The notes: generated by a model from the sequence alone, not told the origin. A DNA stretch of 64,000 bases from an uncultured Arcobacter sp. (GCA_965140705.1 OZ223302.1:576001-640000), one strand, 5' to 3'. Shown: positions 42,094-53,270, counted from the first letter of the stretch. Translations and numbers: made by a program.

Positions 42094-43227
42094 CTATATT
42101 TGACCATAAGGCCAGTTTTCTTTAAACGTATGTAACGGCATTTTATTTAGTACTGTTAAAGCAAAAGCTTGATCCTCTTTACTTAAACTTCTAAGTGCAT
42201 ATCCTCTTAGAAGATTTTGTAAAGACTTACCAAACATTGGAGGATCTAACATCTCACCTTTGTATCTAATAGCTCCACTTAAAAGTGCATCTGCTTCAAT
42301 TGCTGCACTTAATATTTCTATATCTTTTGCTATTTCTTTAGGACTTGGAGTAAAAGCAACTTTACAAACATTTATATGGTTTGGAGTAATTACTTGTTTA
42401 CCTGTTAATCCCATAGCTGTCTCTCTTTTAGCATGTTCATAAACATGTCTTGAAGCATTATCTCCATGTAAATCTAACCATCTTCTAATATCTTTTTTCT
42501 CAACACAAGAATCAGGTAATGAATTAGGAGTAAGTAAAACTTCAACCCCTCCAATTACACCTTTACCTTTAATTCTAGCTTCCATTGTAAGCATATTAAA
42601 AAAAGTCTCTAACTCATCAATCCAACCCTCAGGTGTAATTTTATATGCCATTGCTTTTGAGAAGTCATGGATACCAAATACCACATGTTGAACAGTTGAG
42701 TGACTCATAAGTCTATCAGCTATTTGAAGTGATTTTGGATGCTCAATGATTGGTTGAATTTGTAAACTACTACCAATAGATACTAACCAAGAAGATAAAT
42801 CTCTAATCTCAGCATCTCCATAAACCTCACCAGCTTTTGCTAATACAATTGCATCGATGTATTTATGAACTTGTTTTAGCATCTTTAAATCTTCTTCATA
42901 CTCATCAGTTCTAAAAGGGTTGATTCTAATAGCTATTTGAAAATCCCTTTGCGGGAATTTTGGTAACTCTTGAATTAAAAGTTCCCTACTCATAGCTTTT
43001 TGTCTACAACCATCTTCTAAATCAAATAACACTGTATGTGCCTTTGTTTTATAAGCATGTTTTTGAAGTCTAAGTTTTGCTTGTTCCATACTCTCATAGC
43101 TTCCATCTAGTGGATTAAACTTAATTGGGGGATAATATATTTGAATCCCTGGCCAATATCCACCAAGTACCGGTTTCAAATCGTCATTTGCTGTCAATTT
43201 TGATAAATCTATTACAGAAGAAGTCAT
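42094..43227 (-). CDS. Divergent CitE/HpcH-family lyase (possible malyl-CoA/beta-methylmalyl-CoA lyase)
   Basis: LFDLEDG, IRINP, IIEHP, FGIHDFS, GLTGKQVITP, FTPS and GEMLDPP motifs. Confidence 0.82.
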   Translation of the reverse strand: MTSSVIDLSKLTANDDLKPVLGGYWPGIQIYYPPIKFNPLDGSYESMEQAKLRLQKHAYKTKAHTVLFDLEDGCRQKAMSRELLIQELPKFPQRDFQIAIRINPFRTDEYEEDLKMLKQVHKYIDAIVLAKAGEVYGDAEIRDLSSWLVSIGSSLQIQPIIEHPKSLQIADRLMSHSTVQHVVFGIHDFSKAMAYKITPEGWIDELETFFNMLTMEARIKGKGVIGGVEVLLTPNSLPDSCVEKKDIRRWLDLHGDNASRHVYEHAKRETAMGLTGKQVITPNHINVCKVAFTPSPKEIAKDIEILSAAIEADALLSGAIRYKGEMLDPPMFGKSLQNLLRGYALRSLSKEDQAFALTVLNKMPLHTFKENWPYGQI

Positions 43228-43372
43228 GATATTTACCTTTATAATTTTCTTTTTGTAAGGGAATTAATCCATAGGTAAAATAAACTCAAATATAAATTAT
43301 AATATTAATTTTTGGGTTAAGTAATATTTTATAAATAACTCAATAGCCCATTTCTAAGGGCTTTTATAAAAT

Positions 43373-43403
43373 GTTTCAAAAGCAAGTTTCACATAGTGAG
43401 AAA
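43373..43403. promoter_or_regulatory. Candidate IclR-family operator
   Basis: Near-palindrome TTTCAC-ATA-GTGAGA at 43387-43401 plus an extra GTTTCA half-site at 43373, in the divergent intergenic region. Confidence 0.45.
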
Positions 43404-43578
43404 ATTTTTTCAATAAATCTTGCAATCCAAAATAAAACTTTTGTAATTGTTTAATTAAAATGTTACTTTTGGTCAAATAAACATCTATTAAGCTAAAATT
43501 AAACATACATAGATGAAAACAAAAGCAATTTAAATAAAAAATGTTAAAATAAACAAAATTAAATAAAGAGATAATATA

Positions 43579-44304
43579 TTGCAAAATCAAAATAAGTCAT
43601 TAACAAAAGGTTTGTTAATCTTAAAATCAATCATGAATTCAAGCAAACCCTTAACAGCTAATTTTTTATGTCAAACCCATGATATAGATAAAAGTACCAT
43701 GTCAAGACTTATCACAACTTTAGTAAATGAAGGTTTCATTGAATATGTTGAAAACTCTAAGGAGATAGTTTTAAGTGATATTATGAATAATATATCACAA
43801 ATAGAAGCTAGAAATAAAATAGTTGAGAAAACAAGAACTTTACTTGATGAAATATTTTATTTAACCCAAGAGTGTTCATATATTGGAATACTTGAAAAAA
43901 ATGCCGTTTTATATTTAAACCAAGTGGATAAATCAAACCGGGTTTTAAAAACAAAAGACTCAATAGGTCTACATGCTCCACTACATGCCAATGCCTTTGG
44001 AAAAATTTTATTAGCATATGAAAATGTTGATTTTAAAACCTTAGATTTGAAAAAATACACAGCAAATACAATTACTACTGTTACTAGATTAAAAAAAGAG
44101 ATTGAAGAAGTGAAAAAAAATGGTTATGCCATTGGTTTTGAAGAGTACGAATTTGGACTTTTTTCAATAGCTGTTCCCTACTTCAATAATAAAAAAGAGT
44201 TTGTAGGGACAGTTGGGATATCTGGATTATCTGCAAGGGTAAATAAAGAAAAATCCCATGAACTAGGTAAAAAGATTTTTGACTTGGTTAATCCTGTTAT
44301 CTAA
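43579..44304 (+). CDS. IclR-family transcriptional regulator
   Basis: SLTKGLLIL...DKSTMSRLITTL HTH; PLHANAFGKILLA, GYAIGFEE and SIAVP effector domain. Confidence 0.93.
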   Translation: MQNQNKSLTKGLLILKSIMNSSKPLTANFLCQTHDIDKSTMSRLITTLVNEGFIEYVENSKEIVLSDIMNNISQIEARNKIVEKTRTLLDEIFYLTQECSYIGILEKNAVLYLNQVDKSNRVLKTKDSIGLHAPLHANAFGKILLAYENVDFKTLDLKKYTANTITTVTRLKKEIEEVKKNGYAIGFEEYEFGLFSIAVPYFNNKKEFVGTVGISGLSARVNKEKSHELGKKIFDLVNPVI

Positions 44305-44687
44305 TCTTTTTTTACCTTTATTAAAATATTATGTTCTTTATCCCTAAAAACTGTCTCTTTTTTGTTGTTATTAAAAATAGATTCTAAAAAATCATCTTTA
44401 TAAGAGCTGTTCAAATATTTTTTATTGAACTCTTTTAAACTTTCACACTCAAAAGTAGAAGTACAAACTCTATCTTTATATATTTTCATATCCAAAATAG
44501 TTTTCCCCGCACTATAAATTTGAACTTGAGTATAATTATTAAACTTAGAAATAAAGCCTTTATCATAAAACTTCATCGCGGGTGTTTTTATAAGAATCGT
44601 CGCACTTGTAGAGTGTATAACTTGTTTTGATGCACAAGATGAAAGAAATAAAATAATGAAAATAAATGTAGTGATTTTTTTAAACAA
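44301..44687 (-). CDS. Hypothetical lipoprotein
   Basis: Lipobox LSSC after a hydrophobic signal; TTG start. Confidence 0.75.
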   Translation of the reverse strand: MFKKITTFIFIILFLSSCASKQVIHSTSATILIKTPAMKFYDKGFISKFNNYTQVQIYSAGKTILDMKIYKDRVCTSTFECESLKEFNKKYLNSSYKDDFLESIFNNNKKETVFRDKEHNILIKVKKD

Positions 44688-44748
44688 AATGTATCCTCTT
44701 TGAATTTGAAAATAATTTTACTATAATACGATTAAATAAAGGATTTAA

Positions 44749-45822
44749 ATGCTCGTTCACATATGTTGTTCCGTTGATAGTCACTATTTTTTAGAAAGAC
44801 TACAACAAGATTTCCCCGATGAAAAATTAGTTGGTTTTTTTTATGACCCTAATATTCATCCTTACAATGAATATTTACTAAGACTAAAAGATGTTGAATA
44901 CTCTTGCCATAAATTAGGTATAGAATTAATAGAAGGTCCATACAATCTTGAAGAGTGGCTAAAGAAAGTAAAAGGACTAGAAAATGAACCTGAAAAGGGT
45001 GACAGATGTACAGTTTGTTATGATGACAGATTAGAAACTAGTGTAAAAAAAGCTATTGAATTAGGTCATGATAAATTTACTACAACACTTCTTATCTCTC
45101 CAAAAAAATCACAAGAAAAATTAGAAATAATTGGAACCGATTTAGAAAAAAAATATGGTTTGCAATGGATTTTTAAAGATTATAGAAGTGGTAAAGGAAT
45201 GGAAGAACAAGCAAAAGTAGTAAAAGAGAACTCATTTTATAGACAAAATTATTGCGGTTGTTTATTTGGATTGACTCCCCAAAGAGAGCAACAAAATAAA
45301 ATCATGGATGAGATGTTTTTACCAATTTCTAATCAAATCTTGCCCCAATCAATAGAGTATAGATTGGAGTTATACAATAATAGAACAAATTTAGATGAGA
45401 CAAATATTCCATATAAAATAGTAAAACAAAAGTTTCTAAACTATAGACTTTTAAATGCAAAAGTTAAAGTAGATAAAGAAGTTATTCCCTCTTATTTCTT
45501 ATGTTATTCAACAATAAGTAAGGGCAGAACAAGTGGAAAAATTGCATTTGAAAAAGCAGAAATACACTATTTAAATAAAGATGAAGTAAAAATCATCACA
45601 ATTGATACTTTTAATGACTTTACACAATCCCACTATAGAGATGTAAAAGACTTAATGTATCATCCCTTAACCTTTGAAGCTGAATTGAAAATTCGAGATA
45701 AAATTACTCAAAATCCCTATGGCTTATCTGCAATTATAATAGTTGATGAGATAAGTGAAGGGAAATATGAAATTACAATTGATGCAAAAACCTATGAAGA
45801 TGTAAAAGAGGTAATAATATAA
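44749..45822 (+). CDS. queH: Epoxyqueuosine reductase QueH with C-terminal extension
   Basis: HICCSVDS, PNIHPYNEY, RCTVCY and YRQNYCGC motifs. Confidence 0.9.
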   Translation: MLVHICCSVDSHYFLERLQQDFPDEKLVGFFYDPNIHPYNEYLLRLKDVEYSCHKLGIELIEGPYNLEEWLKKVKGLENEPEKGDRCTVCYDDRLETSVKKAIELGHDKFTTTLLISPKKSQEKLEIIGTDLEKKYGLQWIFKDYRSGKGMEEQAKVVKENSFYRQNYCGCLFGLTPQREQQNKIMDEMFLPISNQILPQSIEYRLELYNNRTNLDETNIPYKIVKQKFLNYRLLNAKVKVDKEVIPSYFLCYSTISKGRTSGKIAFEKAEIHYLNKDEVKIITIDTFNDFTQSHYRDVKDLMYHPLTFEAELKIRDKITQNPYGLSAIIIVDEISEGKYEITIDAKTYEDVKEVII

Positions 45823-46866
45823 ATGAAACTTCTTGTAAGTGCGATGGAGACTTCTTCAAATATACATTTAGCGGAGTTAAAAAAACATCTAAGTGATGAC
45901 ATTGAACTTCTTGGAATCTTTGATAAGAAACTAGGCAAGCCAAATTATGATATAGAACAACTTGCTATCATGGGCTTTGTAGATGCACTAAAAAGATTAC
46001 CTTTCTTTTTTAAACTAAAAGATGAAATGGTAGAATTAGCAAAAGATGCTGATAAAGTATTACTTATGGATTCATCTGGTTTTAATTTACCACTAGCAAA
46101 AGCAATTAAGAAAAAATATCCAAATAAAGAGATTATTTATTATATTTTACCCCAAGCTTGGGCATGGAAAAAAGGAAGAATTCCTAAGATTGAAACATAC
46201 TGTGATAAGCTTTGTTCAATCTTACCTTTTGAAAAAGATTACTACTCAAAAAAAGATAAAATCACTTATGTGGGTCACCCTTTACTTGATGAAATAAAAG
46301 ATTATAAAACTACCGCTTCTACTACAGGGAAAATAGCTTTTATGCCAGGAAGTAGAAAAAATGAGATAATAAATCTTTTACCAATATTTAAAAAGCTTAT
46401 AAAAAGTATTCCAAATAAAGAGTATATTTTAATCATACCAGCAAAATTTGATGAAGAGTATATTAAAACTATTTATGGTGATATTTCAGAATTTACTATT
46501 TCTACTAATGCCCATGAAAGTCTAAAACAAAGTGATTATGCCTTTATTTGTAGTGGAACAGCCACTTTAGAAGCAGCACTTATTGGAACACCTTTTACCC
46601 TAAGTTATATCGCTAAAAAACTAGATTACTTTATAGGTTCTCGTCTTGTAAAACTTCCAGCTGTAGGATTGGCAAATATCTTCTTCTCTAAAATGGGAAA
46701 AGAGCTAATTCATAGTGAGTTTTTACAAGAAAATGTTACTGTTGAAAATCTTTTAAATGATTATAAAAAAATAGATACAAAGAGATTTATGGAAAATTCA
46801 AAAGTGTTAAGAGAATATCTTAAATTTGGAAGTTCTAAGAATGTCGCTCAAATAATTCAAAACTAA
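45823..46866 (+). CDS. lpxB: Lipid-A-disaccharide synthase
   Basis: DSSGFNL, PQAWAWK, ILPFE, VGHPL, PGSR and SGTATLE motifs. Confidence 0.95.
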   Translation: MKLLVSAMETSSNIHLAELKKHLSDDIELLGIFDKKLGKPNYDIEQLAIMGFVDALKRLPFFFKLKDEMVELAKDADKVLLMDSSGFNLPLAKAIKKKYPNKEIIYYILPQAWAWKKGRIPKIETYCDKLCSILPFEKDYYSKKDKITYVGHPLLDEIKDYKTTASTTGKIAFMPGSRKNEIINLLPIFKKLIKSIPNKEYILIIPAKFDEEYIKTIYGDISEFTISTNAHESLKQSDYAFICSGTATLEAALIGTPFTLSYIAKKLDYFIGSRLVKLPAVGLANIFFSKMGKELIHSEFLQENVTVENLLNDYKKIDTKRFMENSKVLREYLKFGSSKNVAQIIQN

Positions 46867-46918
46867 TTTAAATTTTGATAGAATATATGCCTTAAATAAA
46901 AAGATATAGGAAAAATAT

Positions 46919-47362
46919 ATGCTAGACGTTACACAGATTCAGGAGATACTTCCACATAGATACCCTTTTTTACTTGTAGATAGAATTACAGAGATGGAAA
47001 AAGGTAAAAGTATTATTGGATATAAAAATATCTCTATTAGTGAACCTGCTTTTATGGGACATTTTCCTGGACATCCGATTTATCCAGGTGTATTAATTCT
47101 AGAAGGAATGGCGCAAGCTGGTGGAATCTTAGCTTTAAAAAGCAATGATTTATCGTATGAAGAAATGAAAAATAAAGTTATCTATTTCATGAGTATTGAT
47201 GGGGCAAAATTTAGAACACCTGTAAAACCTGGTGATAAATTAGAATACAGAATTGAAGTAAAAAAATTAAGAGGAAATCTAATAGTGCTTGCTGGTGAAG
47301 CTTATGTTGATGAAAAGCTAGTTGCTGAGGCTGAATTAAAAGCCATGGTAGTGGATAAATAA
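46919..47362 (+). CDS. fabZ: 3-hydroxyacyl-ACP dehydratase
   Basis: [11 protein letters not shown] and [20 protein letters not shown] motifs. Confidence 0.97.
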   Translation: MLDVTQIQEILPHRYPFLLVDRITEMEKGKSIIGYKNISISEPAFMGHFPGHPIYPGVLILEGMAQAGGILALKSNDLSYEEMKNKVIYFMSIDGAKFRTPVKPGDKLEYRIEVKKLRGNLIVLAGEAYVDEKLVAEAELKAMVVDK

Positions 47363-47369
47363 TAAATAT

Positions 47370-48158
47370 ATGAATAATATCCATAAAACAGCTATAATAG
47401 AAGATGGCGCAATTATCGGTGATGATGTTACTATTGGCGCTTATACTATCATAGGCTCTAATGTAAAAATTGGAAATGGAAATATAATTGGCTCTAACAG
47501 TGTAATTGAAGGTAAAACTACAATTGGTGACAATAATAAGATTTACTCACATGCAGCCCTTGGAACTGATCCTCAAGATTTAAAATTTGATGGTGAAGAA
47601 GTTGAACTAATTATTGGGAATAATAATAAAATTAGAGAATTTACACTTTTTAACCCCGGTACTAAAGGTGGAGGTTCAATTACTAAAATAGGTGATGACA
47701 ACCTATTTATGGGTTATGTTCATGTTGCCCATGATGTAATCATTGGTAATCATTGTGTCTTTGCAAATGTTGCAACACTTGCAGGACATGTTGAGATAGA
47801 TGATTATGTAGTTGTTGGTGGATTAACACCAATTCACCAATTTTGTAAAATTGGAAGCCATGCAATGATTGGTGGAGGTTCTGTCTTAACTCAAGATATA
47901 CCACCTTTTTGTTTAGCAGAAGGAAATAGAGCAAATCTTAGAGGTCTAAATCTAAATGGACTTAGAAGAAGATTAGGAAGAGAAGATATCAATGCTATTA
48001 AAAAAGCATACAAAGATATTTTTGAATCAGGACAACCAATCCAAGAAATTGCAAATGAACTAGTAAAAACTCAAGATAATAAATATGTATTAGAATTTGC
48101 AAATTTTATTATAAATACAAAAAGAGGTATTCCCTTTATAAGAAAGCAGGAGAGATAG
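47370..48158 (+). CDS. lpxA: UDP-N-acetylglucosamine O-acyltransferase
   Basis: Hexapeptide repeats; PQDLKF, HVAHD, LAGHV and [10 protein letters not shown]. Confidence 0.96.
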   Translation: MNNIHKTAIIEDGAIIGDDVTIGAYTIIGSNVKIGNGNIIGSNSVIEGKTTIGDNNKIYSHAALGTDPQDLKFDGEEVELIIGNNNKIREFTLFNPGTKGGGSITKIGDDNLFMGYVHVAHDVIIGNHCVFANVATLAGHVEIDDYVVVGGLTPIHQFCKIGSHAMIGGGSVLTQDIPPFCLAEGNRANLRGLNLNGLRRRLGREDINAIKKAYKDIFESGQPIQEIANELVKTQDNKYVLEFANFIINTKRGIPFIRKQER

Positions 48159-48163
48159 AATAT

Positions 48164-49387
48164 ATGAGCAAATTAAAATGTGATTTTTGTGGAGCCCAAG
48201 ATAGTGCTCAAAATCCAGTGATATCAGGAGACAATGCTTGTATTTGTAAATCTTGTGTAAACGCTGCCCATGATATTATTAGTGGGAAAGAACCAACTGA
48301 GGATGTACAAGTATTAAATCCTGAAGAAAAAGCTGAAAGTGAAATCAAACTTCATACACCAAGTGAATTAAAAGCTTTACTTGATGATTATGTAGTTGGA
48401 CAACATAGAGCTAAAAAAGTTCTTTCAGTTGCGGTATATAACCACTATAAAAGAATTTTTAGAAGAGATGAAATTGGTGAAGATACAGAGATTAATAAAT
48501 CAAATGTTTTACTAATAGGACCAACAGGTTCTGGAAAAACACTACTTGCACAAACAATTGCAAGATATTTAGATGTTCCTTTAGCAATAGCTGATGCTAC
48601 AAGTTTAACAGAAGCTGGTTATGTTGGTGATGATGTTGAAAATGTTATTACTAGACTTTTACAAGCAGCTAACGGTGATATTAAAAAAGCAGAAACTGGA
48701 ATTATTTTTATAGATGAAATTGATAAAATAGCTAGAATGAGTGAAAATAGATCAATCACTAGAGATGTATCAGGAGAAGGTGTTCAACAAGCTATGCTTA
48801 AAATCATAGAAGGTAGTGTTGTAAATGTTCCACCAAAAGGTGGAAGAAAACACCCAGGTCAAGATATGACTCAAGTAGATACTACAAATATCTTATTTAT
48901 TTGTGGTGGGGCTTTTGATGGTTTAGAAGAGATTATCAAAAGAAAAAAAGGTAATAATATTTTAGGTTTTAACCAAGTTAAAAGTAGCAAAAAAGATGAA
49001 GATGGACTTATCTCTTTTGTTGAAGCAGATGATTTGGTAAAATATGGTTTGATTCCTGAATTAATTGGAAGATTACATATGATTGCAACACTAAATGAAA
49101 TAACAGAAGATGATATGGTTCATATTTTAACAGAACCAAAAAATGCTTTAATAAAACAGTATATTAAACTTTTTGAGATGGACAAAGTAAATTTAGAATT
49201 TGACAAAGATGCCTTACTTGCTATTGCTAAAAAAGCAATTGAGCGAAAAACTGGAGCAAGAGGTCTTAGATCAATTTTAGAAGATATTATGCTTGATATT
49301 ATGTTTGATTTACCAAATTACAAAGAAAAAACTATTACTATTACAAAGGATGTAGTAAGTGATAAAAAAGACCCAAAAATCGCTTAA
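48164..49387 (+). CDS. clpX: ATP-dependent Clp protease ATP-binding subunit
   Basis: CDFCG zinc finger, [25 protein letters not shown] and TGARGLR. Confidence 0.97.
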   Translation: MSKLKCDFCGAQDSAQNPVISGDNACICKSCVNAAHDIISGKEPTEDVQVLNPEEKAESEIKLHTPSELKALLDDYVVGQHRAKKVLSVAVYNHYKRIFRRDEIGEDTEINKSNVLLIGPTGSGKTLLAQTIARYLDVPLAIADATSLTEAGYVGDDVENVITRLLQAANGDIKKAETGIIFIDEIDKIARMSENRSITRDVSGEGVQQAMLKIIEGSVVNVPPKGGRKHPGQDMTQVDTTNILFICGGAFDGLEEIIKRKKGNNILGFNQVKSSKKDEDGLISFVEADDLVKYGLIPELIGRLHMIATLNEITEDDMVHILTEPKNALIKQYIKLFEMDKVNLEFDKDALLAIAKKAIERKTGARGLRSILEDIMLDIMFDLPNYKEKTITITKDVVSDKKDPKIA

Positions 49388-49408
49388 TTTAAAAAGGAGA
49401 AAGAGTAT

Positions 49409-50440
49409 ATGTTTTTAGACAAATTAATTGGATTCTTTTCTAATGATATGGCTATCGACCTTGGTACTGCTAATACTATCGTTTCTGTAAAAGGAAAAGG
49501 TATTATTATCAATGAGCCATCAGTTGTTGCCGTTCAACATGATAAGTATGGAAAAGATAAAATATTAGCAGTAGGTGTTGAAGCTAAACAAATGATAGGT
49601 AAAACACCTTTGAATATTCAAGCTGTTCGACCGATGAGAGATGGAGTTATTGCAGACTTTGAAATGACAGAGAGAATGATTAGATATTTTATCGAAAGAG
49701 CTCACTCAAGAAAATCTTTCATAAGACCTAGAATCATCATTTGTATTCCATATGGAATTACTCAAGTTGAAAGAAAAGCTGTAAGAGAATCAGCATTAAG
49801 TGCAGGGGCAAGAGAAGTATTCTTAGTGGAAGAACCAATGGCAGCTGCAATTGGAGCTGGAATTCCTGTTTCTGATCCTTCTGGTTATGTTGTTGTAGAT
49901 ATTGGGGGAGGTACAACTGAAATTGGTGTTACTTCACTTGGTGGACTAGTTCTATCTAAATCAATTAAAACAGCTGGTGACAGATGTGATAAAGCGATTA
50001 TGGATTATGTTAGACAAAACTACAACTTATATATTGGTGAGAGAACTGCTGAAACTATCAAAATAGAAATAGGAACTGCTGTTAAACTTGACCAAGAGTT
50101 AAAAATAAGAGTAAAAGGTAGAGATAACTCTGGTCTTTTATCTACTATTGAATTAGGTTCTGAAGGTGTTAGAACAGCAATTAAAGAACCACTTAGAGAG
50201 ATTGTTGCTGCTGTAAGAAGTGTATTGGAAGATATGCCACCTGATTTAGCAGGTGATGTTGTTGACAATGGTGTTACACTAACAGGTGGTGGAGCACTTA
50301 TTCGTGGTTTAGATACATATTTAGCTGACATTATTAAATTACCAGTTAGAGTTGCTGATGAGCCACTTTTAGCTGTTGCTTACGGTACAAGTAAAGTATT
50401 AGATGAGGAAGCTTTATTAAGATTAATTTCTAATGAATAA
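49409..50440 (+). CDS. mreB: Rod shape-determining protein MreB
   Basis: IDLGTANT, EEPMAAAIGAG, DIGGGTTE and LTGGGAL motifs. Confidence 0.97.
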   Translation: MFLDKLIGFFSNDMAIDLGTANTIVSVKGKGIIINEPSVVAVQHDKYGKDKILAVGVEAKQMIGKTPLNIQAVRPMRDGVIADFEMTERMIRYFIERAHSRKSFIRPRIIICIPYGITQVERKAVRESALSAGAREVFLVEEPMAAAIGAGIPVSDPSGYVVVDIGGGTTEIGVTSLGGLVLSKSIKTAGDRCDKAIMDYVRQNYNLYIGERTAETIKIEIGTAVKLDQELKIRVKGRDNSGLLSTIELGSEGVRTAIKEPLREIVAAVRSVLEDMPPDLAGDVVDNGVTLTGGGALIRGLDTYLADIIKLPVRVADEPLLAVAYGTSKVLDEEALLRLISNE

Positions 50441-51203
50441 ACTACTCTTCGTTCTCCTTTTTATAATAATGGTTGGTCTATACATTTTCAATGTAGACCA
50501 ATCATTATCTTCAAAATTTATTTTTATCAATAAGATAAAAGATTACTACACAGAAAAACTTGTAATTGTTGAAAAAACTTTAACAAAATACTTTTTTCAA
50601 GCCCAAACCATAGAAGACCTTACACTAGAAAATCAAGATTTAAAAAAATTCAGATTACTTTATGCGGAGAAAAGTTTAGAGCTCACTCATATAAAAGATG
50701 CCCATGTGGATTTAAAAAACTACAAAGCTGATTTAAGACTCGCACAAGTACTATCATATGTTGAATTTGATGACTTTACAAAAGTATGGCTAGATGCAAA
50801 AAAAACAGACTCTAAAATAGAAGGATTAATTTCTGAAAATTATGCAGCTGGAATAGTTGTAAATAAAAATAATCAAGCACTAGCTTTATTAAATGGAAAT
50901 GAAAAAAGTAATTATGCGGTTTATATTGGTGAAAATAAAGCACCGGGAATTACTCATGGTAAAGCAAATTCAAATATCCTTTTAGCAAAATTCATTCCAA
51001 TTTGGATAAATATAAAAATAGGAGATGAAGTAATAACTTCTGGCATGGATAATATCTTTTTTGAAGGTTTAAAAGTGGGTAAAGTAATAGCTATCAAAAA
51101 AATGGCAGATATGCAAGAAGCTCAAATAGAACCTTACATTAATGCGCTTAATCAGAATTTCTTCTATATATATTCAAAAAAATCACAAAAAAAAACTAAA
51201 TAA
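50433..51203 (+). CDS. mreC: Rod shape-determining protein MreC
   Basis: N-terminal TM and coiled coil; GDEVITSGMDNIFFEGLKVGKV; follows mreB. Confidence 0.9.
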   Translation: MNKLLFVLLFIIMVGLYIFNVDQSLSSKFIFINKIKDYYTEKLVIVEKTLTKYFFQAQTIEDLTLENQDLKKFRLLYAEKSLELTHIKDAHVDLKNYKADLRLAQVLSYVEFDDFTKVWLDAKKTDSKIEGLISENYAAGIVVNKNNQALALLNGNEKSNYAVYIGENKAPGITHGKANSNILLAKFIPIWINIKIGDEVITSGMDNIFFEGLKVGKVIAIKKMADMQEAQIEPYINALNQNFFYIYSKKSQKKTK

Positions 51204-51260
51204 TTTTATTAAGTCTTCAGTAAGTATCTTTATGATTAAATTTATTTATAAAGGATTCTT

Positions 51261-53270
51261 ATGTCGACTACACTTATTAATGATTTATCAATTCTATATG
51301 TTGAAGATGATGAAACTGTTAGGGAATCACTTTCATCTACTTTAAAACTTCTAGCAAAAAAAATTTATCCAGCTAGTGATGGACTTCAAGCACTAGAAAT
51401 AGTAAAAAATCAAAAAATTGATTTAGTTATAACAGATATAAAAATGCCAAAATTAGATGGACTTGAACTATCAAAAAAGATACAAGAATTAGATTTAAAT
51501 ATACCAATTCTAATCACAACCGCACATGATGAAATAGATTACTTACATAAAGCAATAGAGTTAAATATTGATGCTTTTATCACAAAACCATTAAATATAT
51601 CTTCTTTAATACAATCAATTACAAAATTAGCAAAAATCATATCAACAAAAAAAGAGTTAGAGAAAAAGAAACAGCAGCTTGAACAATTCAAAAAAGCAGT
51701 TAATTTCTCAAATTTGATACTTGATATTTCACAAGAGGGTGAGATATTAAGTATCTCTACAGAAAATTCAATAGAATTTGATTTATTTAATCCAGATAAA
51801 ATAAAAATAACAAATATAAAAGAGTGTATAAGTGATGAAAACTTTTTACATATTTTAGAAAGTGTTAATGACTTAAATATATTTCATAAAAACTTATCTT
51901 TAAAAATAAATGAAGAACAATATACTGTAAATATAACTGCATTTGCAAATGAATATGAAGATGATGTAAAAACGATAAATCTTATTCTCAAAGATTTAAC
52001 AAAAACATTAAAGAAAAAAGATGAAATAATAGAAAGCCTCTATATTGATCAAAGTACAAATTTAAAAAATAAATTTGCTTTATATAAAAGAATAAATGAA
52101 CTTTCTACTAGTGATTTGATGCTTTGTATAATTGATTTAGATGATTTTAGAAAACTTACAAAACTATATGGATATAAAATGGGAGATGAAATTTTAAAAA
52201 TCGTTTCCCAAAAAATATTAAAAATCATAAATGTAGAACAAAAAGATGGGCTTTTATTTGAATTATATAAATTAGAAGCTGATAAATTTGTGCTTTTAGT
52301 TTTACCAAAAAAACCTTTAAAAGAAGAAGGTGTTAATGCAATTATAAGTAATTTAATAGATAAATTAGAAGATAGTTCATTTGAAATAGAAGAGAATGTA
52401 TCTTTAGATATATCTTTTACTTTTGGCATTGCATATAATGAAGATGATGATATTTTAACAGAAGCTTTAATTGCAAAAGATGTAGCAAGAGAATCCAAAA
52501 AAGACTTTGTTATTTATAATAAAATTAAAGGAATAAAAAATATCTTTGCTAGAAATCTACAGTTACAAAAAAAGATAAAAAAAGCTTTTGATGAAGATAA
52601 AATTGTTCCTTATTTTCAGCCAATAGTAGACAAAGACAAAAATATAGTGAAATATGAAGCATTAGCTAGAATAATTGACACAGAAGAGAATAGAGTGTTA
52701 ACTCCTTTTTTCTTTTTAGACCAAGTAAAAGCTTCGAAAAACTACTCTAAATTTACAAAAACAATTATAGAAAAATCTTTGAAATGCACAAATGTTTTAC
52801 AAAAAGAGATTTCTATAAATCTATCTTTTGAAGATATCTCAAATCCTGAAATCATACTTTTTCTAGAAGAAAAACTATTAAAATATAGTTCTATTATAAC
52901 CATAGAATTATTGGAAAGTGAAGGATTAAAAGATATAGAAAAGACTATTAATTTTTGTAACTTAATGAAAGACTATGGGGCAAAGATTGCTATTGATGAT
53001 TTTGGAGCAGGATATTCAAATTTTGAGTATTTTTTTACTCTACCAATAGATAAAATAAAAATAGATGGAAGCTTAATAAAAAAGGTAAATGAATACAAAG
53101 GATATGTTTTAGTAGAGTCTATAGTTGATTTCTGCAAAAAACTAAATATCAAAGTTGTTGCTGAATTTGTAGAAGATGAGAAAACTTTTGAAACTCTCAA
53201 AAGCCTTGGTGTTGATTGGTTTCAAGGGTACTATTTTAGTAAACCAAAGCCTATAGAGGATTTTAAATAG
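51261..53270 (+). CDS. Response regulator with REC, degenerate GGDEF and EAL domains (c-di-GMP phosphodiesterase)
   Basis: YVEDD/TDIKMP/KP receiver; LEADKF in place of GGDEF; YFQP, YEALAR, DDFGAGYS, KIDG, AEFVE and QGYYF. Confidence 0.9.
   Translation: MSTTLINDLSILYVEDDETVRESLSSTLKLLAKKIYPASDGLQALEIVKNQKIDLVITDIKMPKLDGLELSKKIQELDLNIPILITTAHDEIDYLHKAIELNIDAFITKPLNISSLIQSITKLAKIISTKKELEKKKQQLEQFKKAVNFSNLILDISQEGEILSISTENSIEFDLFNPDKIKITNIKECISDENFLHILESVNDLNIFHKNLSLKINEEQYTVNITAFANEYEDDVKTINLILKDLTKTLKKKDEIIESLYIDQSTNLKNKFALYKRINELSTSDLMLCIIDLDDFRKLTKLYGYKMGDEILKIVSQKILKIINVEQKDGLLFELYKLEADKFVLLVLPKKPLKEEGVNAIISNLIDKLEDSSFEIEENVSLDISFTFGIAYNEDDDILTEALIAKDVARESKKDFVIYNKIKGIKNIFARNLQLQKKIKKAFDEDKIVPYFQPIVDKDKNIVKYEALARIIDTEENRVLTPFFFLDQVKASKNYSKFTKTIIEKSLKCTNVLQKEISINLSFEDISNPEIILFLEEKLLKYSSIITIELLESEGLKDIEKTINFCNLMKDYGAKIAIDDFGAGYSNFEYFFTLPIDKIKIDGSLIKKVNEYKGYVLVESIVDFCKKLNIKVVAEFVEDEKTFETLKSLGVDWFQGYYFSKPKPIEDFK

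Noticed and set aside
43354..43590. 78-aa ORF in the IclR divergent intergenic region
   Set aside because: Phe/Asn-rich translation of promoter DNA; no convincing RBS.
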